Notes under the pieces: generated by a model
What the model was told of the DNA's origin: nothing
Databases searched by the model: none
The model's input: only the letters and a program-made list of their open reading frames with translations
Sequence record: SRR22947727_1912
DNA length: 37,902 bases
Strand: one strand, 5' to 3'
Shown: piece by piece, positions 1-7,668 of the stretch
How the letters are laid out: each line of letters opens with the position of its first letter
How positions within the stretch are numbered: the first letter of the stretch is position 1
Position numbers and translations under genes: made by a program

Positions 1-1092
1 TCCGGCCTGGTGGGAACCGACGTCGGCACCCCCTGGTACACGGTCACCTCACTCATTCTCATCACCACCGCCACTCTCGCGGGAATTGTCCGGCTCGTCA
101 TTGCTGCACGTGAAAAACCACCCGCACGCACCGCTATCTCTCCCACAACACCCAAGGTTTCTGGCACACCCCGCTTCCGCGCTCGCGTCGTGGAGCGGGT
201 CACAGTGGGTGACAATCTCGTCGAACTGACCCTCACGCCCCTTGATCGCACCGTGGACCTTGACTGGGAATCCGGCGCCCATCTCACTCTCCATCTCGAA
301 AACGGCACGGAGCGGCAGTACTCCTTAGCGGGTGACCCTGCGGAGCAGGACACCCTGCGCCTAGGAGTACTCAATACCCACGGCGAAGGCGGCGGAAGCA
401 CCTGGATTCACGACAACCTCCAGGTCGGTACCGAGGTGGATTGTGACTTCCCGCGCAACCACTTCCCCCTCAAACCTGCCAAGAGATTCCAGTTCCTAGC
501 GTCTGGCGTGGGGATAACCCCCCTCCGGTCGATGATTTACTCTGTGCCAGCGGGACGCGAATGGTCACTCCTCTATCTCGGTCGAAACACCGACGACATG
601 CTCTTCGTCGATGAACTGACGCAGGAGTATGGCGACAGGGTCACCATTTGGGCGTCACAGGAACGAGGGTCACGGGCTCCCCTGGAGGAACTCCTCGACC
701 CCGTGGCCGACGTCTATGCCTGTGGCTCTGAAGAACTCTTGGCATCGCTGGAGCAACTGGTTGCCCCGAAGCGCCTGCACCTCGAGAGATTCGAACCCCA
801 AGTGAGAACCTCGAACGGACGAGTCGACTCCTTTACCTTGGTTGCCGCGGCCAGCGGCACGACAGTCACGGTCAACCCAGATCAGACAACGCTGGAAGCC
901 CTGGAGGTCGCAGGAATTGCGTTGCCTGCGTCGTGTCGGCGAGGAACGTGCGGAACGTGTGAAGCGACCGTGCTGGAGGGAACCCCGGAACACCTGGACT
1001 CCGTGATGTCCGATGCAGACAAAGAGGAGCTGGGCGTTATGTACCCGTGCGTGTCACGGTCACACACCCCACGCCTGACTCTGAACGTCTAG
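1..1092 (+). CDS. PDR/VanB-family flavin/NAD/[2Fe-2S] oxidoreductase with an N-terminal membrane segment (5'-truncated by window edge)
   Basis: Frame is open from base 1 (SGLVGTD...). It contains a hydrophobic helix, a Pro/Thr linker, FAD/FMN-binding RQYSL, NAD-binding SGVGITP, YACG, and a plant-type 2Fe-2S motif CRRGTCGTC...C. Confidence 0.85.
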   Translation, partial: SGLVGTDVGTPWYTVTSLILITTATLAGIVRLVIAAREKPPARTAISPTTPKVSGTPRFRARVVERVTVGDNLVELTLTPLDRTVDLDWESGAHLTLHLENGTERQYSLAGDPAEQDTLRLGVLNTHGEGGGSTWIHDNLQVGTEVDCDFPRNHFPLKPAKRFQFLASGVGITPLRSMIYSVPAGREWSLLYLGRNTDDMLFVDELTQEYGDRVTIWASQERGSRAPLEELLDPVADVYACGSEELLASLEQLVAPKRLHLERFEPQVRTSNGRVDSFTLVAAASGTTVTVNPDQTTLEALEVAGIALPASCRRGTCGTCEATVLEGTPEHLDSVMSDADKEELGVMYPCVSRSHTPRLTLNV

Positions 1093-2720
1093 CGCTCCCG
1101 CATCTCCGGCAGAGCATCAACGATCCTGTTTGCCGCCATCTTGAGTGGCTTGATCACGGTGACATTCTTGTTCTGGGCCAGCATCTTTGCGGTGGGTTCG
1201 TCCATAGCCGTAAGGCAGATCCGCCCGGTATAGCTGTAACGGGTCAGGGTCTCCAACAGCACAAGGTTGGTGCTGCGATCATGCACAGTGCAAATCACAG
1301 CGTCTGCCTCGTTGAGAGGAAGCGATGCGGCAAAATCAGGGTCACTGATATCGCCAAAGAGAGTCTCTACTCCTTCACCGCGCACGGCGCGCAGTGCGCG
1401 AGGGTCCTGGTCGACAACCAAGAGTCGTCCGCCTTTTTCTTGCATGCCCCGCACCACGGAGGACCCCAGCCTGCCCACACCAATCACGATGGCGTCGAAC
1501 GGGTGCGCTTGGGAACCCTCGCGGTCCTCATCATGAGAATCCACGCGATCGAAACGACGCAAGATAGGCGCCGCCAACGCGTAGAGCCTGTCGGAGTAGA
1601 GGATGAAGTAGGTGGATATCGTGATCGTGATGATGGCGACCAGGGTCACCAGGCTCAGTATTTCGCTATCCACCTGGCCCAAGGAATACCCCAAAGCAAT
1701 CAAAATCAGCGAGAACTCGCTGATTTGCGCGAGCGCAAAACCCGCTTTGAAGGACACCTGGCTGCGGTATCCGAGTGCCCCCATGATGACCATCACAATG
1801 AGGGGCTTAAGCACCAGAACAAAGACCGACAGGATTACCGCAAAGAGAATCTGTGACCCAGCATCCTCGAAGCTGAGCGACGTTCCCAACTCGATGAAGA
1901 AGAACAGAATCATGATGTCGCGAAGGCTCACCATTCGAGCACTCAAGCTCTCCCGGTAGGGAGTCGAGGCGAGCGCTACTCCCGCAACAAAGGCACCAAT
2001 CTCCATCGACAGTCCCAGAATCTGACTAGCTCCTGCCAAAGACATCGCCCACCCGACTCCAAAGAGCAGGGTTAGCTCTTGGCTTCTCACCAAGACCGAG
2101 AGAAGGCGAGGAATCGCATACCGGGCGAGAAGTGCCACGACACCGAGGAAGACAACGCTGCCCAACAGCGTGACCAACAGCGACGTCGGCTCGAGGGCGC
2201 CATCGGCGGAGCCCAGGGAGGCGATGACCACCATGGCGACGATGACGAGGATGTCCTGCACGATCAGAACTCCCACCGCAATCTGACCGTGCAACTGGTC
2301 CAGCTCACGCTTATCTGAGAGCACTTTGATGATGATGATGGTCGAGGAGAACGCGAGAGCCAGCGCTACATACAGGGCAGGAATCCACTCAAATCCCCAC
2401 GCCACCACGATAAGGAACCCAATTCCCATGGTGATGAACACCTGGGCGACACCGGTCGTCAGGGCAACAAGCCCGGTGGAGCGAATCAAACTGATGTCGA
2501 GCTTGAGGCCGACCAAAAACAGCAAAATAGCTATTCCAAACTTCGCAAGAAGCTCAATCTCTTCACCCGCGGAAACCAGGCCAAGGAAAGCCGGGCCCAA
2601 CAGAATGCCCACAAAGATGTAGGCCACGATGAGAGGTTGTCGCAACAAGTTCGCCAGGAACCCCACGACTGCTGCAACGAGGAGAATAAGTGCTATCTGA
2701 CTAAAAGCACTTTCCAACAT
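1089..2720 (-). CDS. Cation:proton antiporter-2 (Kef-like K+/H+ antiporter) with C-terminal TrkA_N/RCK domain
   Basis: About 12 hydrophobic helices, AFSSTIII and LIVQD motifs, LAQISEFS, and a C-terminal IVIGVGRLG Rossmann motif with FGD. Confidence 0.88.
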   Translation of the reverse strand: MLESAFSQIALILLVAAVVGFLANLLRQPLIVAYIFVGILLGPAFLGLVSAGEEIELLAKFGIAILLFLVGLKLDISLIRSTGLVALTTGVAQVFITMGIGFLIVVAWGFEWIPALYVALALAFSSTIIIIKVLSDKRELDQLHGQIAVGVLIVQDILVIVAMVVIASLGSADGALEPTSLLVTLLGSVVFLGVVALLARYAIPRLLSVLVRSQELTLLFGVGWAMSLAGASQILGLSMEIGAFVAGVALASTPYRESLSARMVSLRDIMILFFFIELGTSLSFEDAGSQILFAVILSVFVLVLKPLIVMVIMGALGYRSQVSFKAGFALAQISEFSLILIALGYSLGQVDSEILSLVTLVAIITITISTYFILYSDRLYALAAPILRRFDRVDSHDEDREGSQAHPFDAIVIGVGRLGSSVVRGMQEKGGRLLVVDQDPRALRAVRGEGVETLFGDISDPDFAASLPLNEADAVICTVHDRSTNLVLLETLTRYSYTGRICLTAMDEPTAKMLAQNKNVTVIKPLKMAANRIVDALPEMRER

Positions 2721-2772
2721 GTCTCTGACAGTAGCAAGGCCATGTCATAGGGACGTTAACGACCCAGTCTCC

Positions 2773-3939
2773 CTATTCGAATCGCAGGGCATCCACAGGC
2801 TGTAGCTTCGCTGCAGTCCGTGCTGGCCACACCCCAAACACGACTCCGACAAGGGCACTGAAGCCCAGAGCGACAAACACGGTGGTCGGGTCAATAAAGA
2901 ACTCCCACCCTCCGAGTATGGAGAAGCCATACGACGCCAATTGGCCAATCGTCAGACCAATGAGCCCACCGAGTGTCGAGAGAACCACCGCCTCCATCAG
3001 GAATTGGGTCAAAATCTGCGACTGCCTGGCTCCAATGGCCCGGCGGACACCAATCTCACGGGTTCGCTCACGCACCGACACCAACATGATGTTCATAATT
3101 CCGATTCCACCGACAACAAGTGAGATTCCCGCAATACCGGTAATCAGAATCCCAAGTGTTCCCGTCACCGTGCGAATGGTGTCCTGAAGCGCTGCCTGGT
3201 TGAAGATGGAGAAGGTCGCATCGTCATCATCCCGAACATCCTTGGAGTAGCGCAGGAAACTCTCCACCCGATACTCCACCGGGGAGACTGCCTCCTCAGA
3301 CTCCGCTTGGACACGAATAACGGAGATGTAGGGCGATTTGGAGAAAAGGCTTCGCGCTGCTTCCTGAGTAATGTACACATTGGCACCGGAACCAAAGCCA
3401 TCCGCGTCATCGAGGACGCCAACGACGGTGAAAGCTAGGCCATTCACCCGGACGCTATCTCCAATGGAATCAGTCGTGAACCCCAGCTGGTCAGCGCCTC
3501 TCGCAGACACGACGATCGTCCGTGAATTTTGCAAACCGGGTGCCGTCGGGAGAAAAGATCCCACGGCAACATCAGGGTTTCCGAGATCTTCATACGTCGG
3601 GGAAACACCAATAATGCTGGCGCGGATAGATTCGCTCCCATACGCGATGGTCCCCTGAGTGCGAACCTCTGTGCTGGTTTTGAGAACACCCTCGATGTCG
3701 GCGATAGCCGCTGCATCTTTCTCTTCCAAGCCGGTGGGAGTCGACGCAGAGACCGTAATTTGGTTTGCCCCGAGCGAGGCCAACGAGCTGTCAATTCCTT
3801 GCTCTGCGCCCTGACCGACAGCGGTGAGCGCCACCACAGCGCTGACACCAATGATGATGCCGAGCATCGTGAGGCCAGAGCGAACCTTCGCCGCCACAAT
3901 TCGGCTCAGGGACAAACGGAACGTCAACCAGAGATTCAC
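2773..3939 (-). CDS. MacB/FtsX-family ABC transporter permease
   Basis: RSGLTMLGIIIGVSAVV, ISLVVGGIGIMNIMLVSVRERTREIGVRRAIGA, and terminal PVDALRFE. Confidence 0.92.
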   Translation of the reverse strand: MNLWLTFRLSLSRIVAAKVRSGLTMLGIIIGVSAVVALTAVGQGAEQGIDSSLASLGANQITVSASTPTGLEEKDAAAIADIEGVLKTSTEVRTQGTIAYGSESIRASIIGVSPTYEDLGNPDVAVGSFLPTAPGLQNSRTIVVSARGADQLGFTTDSIGDSVRVNGLAFTVVGVLDDADGFGSGANVYITQEAARSLFSKSPYISVIRVQAESEEAVSPVEYRVESFLRYSKDVRDDDDATFSIFNQAALQDTIRTVTGTLGILITGIAGISLVVGGIGIMNIMLVSVRERTREIGVRRAIGARQSQILTQFLMEAVVLSTLGGLIGLTIGQLASYGFSILGGWEFFIDPTTVFVALGFSALVGVVFGVWPARTAAKLQPVDALRFE

Positions 3940-4640
3940 TGTGTACCCGCCATCACGTCTGCTTCATCGCGCTCAATAAGACCATCGCGAATGTAGATGC
4001 GTCGTTTCGCGGCCGCCGCAACTTCCAAATCGTGGGTAATCAAGACAATCGTGCGACCTTCAGCATTCATCTCTTTGAAAACCTCCATCACCGCAGCACC
4101 TGAGGAGGTGTCGAGCGCTCCCGTGGGTTCATCTGCGAGAACCAGGTCCGGGTTTGTCACCAAAGCGCGCGAGATGGCCACACGCTGTTGCTGACCACCG
4201 GAAAGGCGCCCACGGTCAAAGTCGAGTCGCTCGCCAAGTCCCAAGCGAGTCAACATGGCAGCAGCGCGCTTGTGAGCTTCTTTCGGGCGAAGGCCCTGGT
4301 AGAGCAGGGGTGCTGCGACATTTTCCACCGCCGAGGTCAGGGGCAACAGTTGGAACTGTTGAAAAACGAAACCAATCGCTCGTGAGCGCAAAGCGGTGAG
4401 CTCGTTGTCGTCCAAAGTCGAGATGTCTTTCCCCGAGATCTTGACGGTTCCTGCCGTAGGACGATCCAAACAACCAATCAGGTTCATCAATGTCGACTTA
4501 CCGGAACCCGAAGGTCCGACGATGGCGACAAACTCGCCCCGCTGAACTTTCAGGCTCACACCTGCGAGTGCCACCGTGGGCACTTCACCTGTTTGGTACT
4601 CCCGACGAACGTCAGAGAGCTCGACGACGTTGTCGCTCAA
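3936..4640 (-). CDS. ABC transporter ATP-binding subunit (MacB/LolD-like)
   Basis: Walker A GPSGSGKST, signature LSGGQQQRV, LADEPTGALD, ITHD. 4-nt overlaps with both neighbours. Confidence 0.93.
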   Translation of the reverse strand: MSDNVVELSDVRREYQTGEVPTVALAGVSLKVQRGEFVAIVGPSGSGKSTLMNLIGCLDRPTAGTVKISGKDISTLDDNELTALRSRAIGFVFQQFQLLPLTSAVENVAAPLLYQGLRPKEAHKRAAAMLTRLGLGERLDFDRGRLSGGQQQRVAISRALVTNPDLVLADEPTGALDTSSGAAVMEVFKEMNAEGRTIVLITHDLEVAAAAKRRIYIRDGLIERDEADVMAGTQ

Positions 4641-5881
4641 TTCAGATCAGGGTTCTCTTCGGCGCCCTCAGGCGGTCCACCACCGAAACCGGTGTCTGTG
4701 GCGGGGAGCTCACCGTCAGAGCCAGTGACGACCCGGTCACCTTCGCTCAATCCCGAGACGATTTCCACGTAGTAGCCGCCGCGAATCCCTACCTCAACGG
4801 GAACGTTGGAGATTGTTCCGTCTTCAGCCTGGACTCGCACCACAAAACCGTCCTCAGTGGGCACCAGTGCGGTGACCGGGGCTGCCACCACTCCGAGGCG
4901 CTCCTCGGTGGTGATACTCGCCTGCGCGGTCATTCCTGCGCGCAATCCTGCGGGGGCGTTCGGAACGCTCACTGTGACCTCGTAAGTCGTAAGAGATGCA
5001 CCGGAGGGGTCCACGGCACCAAACGGTGCTACGTGCGTCACTTCACCCTCCCGAGGCTCATCGGGTAGAGCATCGAACTCGAGGCTCACCTTTTGACCTG
5101 GTGCAATACCGACAACATCAGATTCGGCAAAGTCGGCGGTGACAACAAACTCATCGAGGCCCGCCAAGATGATGAATCCGCTCGTGCCGCTGGTGCCCAC
5201 ACTCGTGGTTCCAATCGGCTCTCCCACCGCAGACGCAATGGCGACGATTGTTCCTGCGCGGGGAGCACTCAGCGTTGCATTGGCAAGGTTCGCAAGCGCC
5301 GACTCCAATTGCGCTGATGCCGAAGTCTTGGCGGGGCCTGCAGCGGCCACCTGCTGTTGGGCGGCGGTAAGTTGCGCGGCAGCGGAGGCTTGCTGAGCCT
5401 GAGCGTTCTCTAGAGCGATGTGCTTGTTTGGCCCCGAATCAGAGGGATGATCGTCAAAAACGTTTTCATACGCGAGCCGAGCCGCGACGCCAGCCTGTTC
5501 GGCTGTTTCCAGGGCCTGCAGAGCCTGCAACTCGGCAGTTCTTGCGCTCGCAACACCAGAGCGAGCGCTGGCTACGGCTGCTTCCAAAGCTTCAGTTTTC
5601 AGGGTTGCCAGAACATCACCTTCGGCGACCACGTCCCCCACCTCGACCTCAAGGGTGGCGAGCTGAGCTGTGGCGGCACCGGGGAACTGAAGTCCCAACT
5701 CAAGTGCAGGGTCGACGGTTCCCGACGCTGCCACGGTGACGTCCACGTCTCGGACTTGGGCGCTCTCGGTCAGCACAGTGGCTTCTTCTGGTGCGGAAGC
5801 CGAGACGGCGATGCCGGCTGATGCTCCCACCACTGCCAGTGCCGCAACGACGCCGATGATGACTTTGGTTCGTGTTTTCAC
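4637..5881 (-). CDS. Efflux membrane-fusion/periplasmic adaptor subunit (MacA/YknX-like)
   Basis: N-terminal TM helix, lipoyl-like VEVGDVVAEGDVLA, Ala/Gln coiled coil, LSAPRAG, LRAGMTA, GLSEGDRVV. First gene of a 3-gene operon. Confidence 0.85.
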   Translation of the reverse strand: MKTRTKVIIGVVAALAVVGASAGIAVSASAPEEATVLTESAQVRDVDVTVAASGTVDPALELGLQFPGAATAQLATLEVEVGDVVAEGDVLATLKTEALEAAVASARSGVASARTAELQALQALETAEQAGVAARLAYENVFDDHPSDSGPNKHIALENAQAQQASAAAQLTAAQQQVAAAGPAKTSASAQLESALANLANATLSAPRAGTIVAIASAVGEPIGTTSVGTSGTSGFIILAGLDEFVVTADFAESDVVGIAPGQKVSLEFDALPDEPREGEVTHVAPFGAVDPSGASLTTYEVTVSVPNAPAGLRAGMTAQASITTEERLGVVAAPVTALVPTEDGFVVRVQAEDGTISNVPVEVGIRGGYYVEIVSGLSEGDRVVTGSDGELPATDTGFGGGPPEGAEENPDLN

Positions 5882-6054
5882 GCTCTACGTATCTCCTCTG
5901 ACGGAACCCTTGACGTTCCGGGCTTTCAGTCTGGCAGTAGCCCTCTAGCAATCGCCTGATAGTTGTCTATGAACTCCCTATATGCGGGCATGTCCAATCT
6001 AGGTGACGTCGACGCTCCCGTCACGCCCGTTCGCCGCTCGCGTAGAATTCCGGG

Positions 6055-6432
6055 GTGACCTTTCTTCGCTACACCTTGCGCGCTGGCGCCACGGTTTTCG
6101 GCCTGAGCGCGATTGCACTGATCCTTGCTCCCAGTTTCTTCCTGGAGCTTTTGGGCTTGGATACCAGCGCGCCACTGGTCTGGTCCATGGTCATGACCGG
6201 AGTGACGTTGATTGCTCTCACTGGCAACATGGCCGTCGTGTCCTTCACCGCCAGTGACAGGGGCGTTCAGGCGGCGTCGGTTGTCATGATGCTCGCAGCC
6301 GGAGGATTGGGTGTCACCACGTTGCTCATTCCCGTGCCCTTCACCTGGTTTAGCGTTCTGTATGCCCTCGTGGGTTTCGGTTTCTCTACCGCCTATGTGG
6401 TCGGCCTCACCCGCGCATCGCTCGCCCGATAG
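6055..6432 (+). CDS. Hypothetical 4-TM membrane protein
   Basis: 125 aa with four hydrophobic segments. TAGAAT -10 box 6 nt before the GTG start. Confidence 0.7.
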   Translation: MTFLRYTLRAGATVFGLSAIALILAPSFFLELLGLDTSAPLVWSMVMTGVTLIALTGNMAVVSFTASDRGVQAASVVMMLAAGGLGVTTLLIPVPFTWFSVLYALVGFGFSTAYVVGLTRASLAR

Positions 6433-6441
6433 ACTCCCCGG

Positions 6442-7065
6442 GTGGCAAGCGCATCGAATTCCCTCCTGGTCTGGGTGGATTGTGAAATGACGGGCCTTGA
6501 TCCCGCCGTCGATGAACTTGTCGAGGTCGCGGTGGTCATCACGGATTACGACCTCACCCCCGTGGATGAGGGTTTCCAGGTTGTGATCAAGCCTTCAGCA
6601 GCAGCTTTTGACCAAATGGGCGACTTTGTCCGCGAGATGCACGCCTCCAGTGGCCTATTGGACGAACTCGAGGGTGGCATGAGCCTCCCGGAAGCCCAGA
6701 AGCAGGTTCTCGAATACATCCAACGTTTCGTCCCCGACGCTCAGAGCGCACCGCTCGCAGGGAACACCATTGGCACTGACCGTATGTTCTTGCAGAAGTA
6801 CATGCCAGACGTTCACGAATACCTGCACTATCGAAACATTGACGTCTCCACGATCAAGGAGCTCTCCAAGCAGTGGTTCCCCAAGGCCTATTACCAGTCC
6901 CCCGATAAAAACGGCGGGCACCGGGCTCTCGCCGACATCCTGGAATCCATTCGTGAGCTCGCCTACTACCGCAGTGCCGTGTTTGTGGACCAACCGGGAC
7001 CCGAGACCAAAGAATTGAAAGCCATCAGCGAGAGCATCGCTGAAGCATGGGCGTCTCGCCTGTAA
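6442..7065 (+). CDS. orn: Oligoribonuclease
   Basis: VWVDCEMTGLD, PLAGNTIGTDR, LHYRNIDVSTIKEL, HRALADILESIREL. Followed by tRNA-His as in many actinobacteria. Confidence 0.96.
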   Translation: MASASNSLLVWVDCEMTGLDPAVDELVEVAVVITDYDLTPVDEGFQVVIKPSAAAFDQMGDFVREMHASSGLLDELEGGMSLPEAQKQVLEYIQRFVPDAQSAPLAGNTIGTDRMFLQKYMPDVHEYLHYRNIDVSTIKELSKQWFPKAYYQSPDKNGGHRALADILESIRELAYYRSAVFVDQPGPETKELKAISESIAEAWASRL

Positions 7066-7101
7066 TACACTTGTGGGGCTCGACTCGCAAGAGTCGCTCA
7101 T

Positions 7102-7178
7102 GGTGGGTATAGCTCAGTTGGTAGAGCGCCTGGTTGTGGTCCAGGAGGTCGCGGGTTCAAGCCCCGTTACTCACCCCA
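7102..7178 (+). tRNA. tRNA-His (GUG) with encoded G-1 and CCA
   Basis: Acceptor GTGGGTA/TACTCAC, D-arm GCTCAGTTGGTAGAGC, anticodon arm CCTGG-TT-GTG-GT-CCAGG, T-loop GGTTCAAG, C discriminator plus CCA. Confidence 0.96.
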
Positions 7179-7668
7179 AAGACTTAATCTCAGTCGCGAT
7201 ATCTCGCGAGTGATGACGCTCGAGGAATCTCTCTTCCTGGAGCGCCCACCTGGTCCAGTGCGGCGCATACATCTCGCCATCGCGCTCCAGAGCGCGAGCC
7301 CTGCGGATTTCGTCGTCTGTCTCGATCCAGATGCGCGTTGTCGACTCCAGGGGTGATTCACGACGAATTGCTCCGCACCCCTCCACGATCAGGGGTTTCC
7401 CCGGGGGAATCTCGACCCAGTCCCCTCGTCGACCCTCCTCCCACAGCCAGGGTCGGTAGCGACCGGCAAGCCCTGCCAGAAAGGGTGTCACGAGGTGCCA
7501 GTGGATATGCCAGCTCCCGGCATCCAGCCCATCCCACCCTGGATACACGTCATCAATACTGACCAGGACGGCACTGTGTTGCTCCGCCAGGTTCGTAGCA
7601 AAGACTGATTTTCCCGCCCCCGAGCGCCCATCAATGAGCGTGACTGAGGCATTACCCGAGGATGGCAT
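7171..7668 (-). CDS. Small P-loop kinase (nucleoside/nucleotide kinase-like), last gene of the TPP-riboswitch operon
   Basis: Walker A DGRSGAGKS, DDVYPGWDGL, LIVEGCG, lid-like RRARALERDG. GGGGAG SD lies inside the upstream gene, with a 17-nt overlap. Confidence 0.8.
   Translation of the reverse strand: MPSSGNASVTLIDGRSGAGKSVFATNLAEQHSAVLVSIDDVYPGWDGLDAGSWHIHWHLVTPFLAGLAGRYRPWLWEEGRRGDWVEIPPGKPLIVEGCGAIRRESPLESTTRIWIETDDEIRRARALERDGEMYAPHWTRWALQEERFLERHHSRDIATEIKSLG

Noticed and set aside
2773-5881. MacAB-like pump with an adaptor protein but no TolC
   Set aside because: This arrangement is ordinary in monoderm bacteria (YknXYZ-type).
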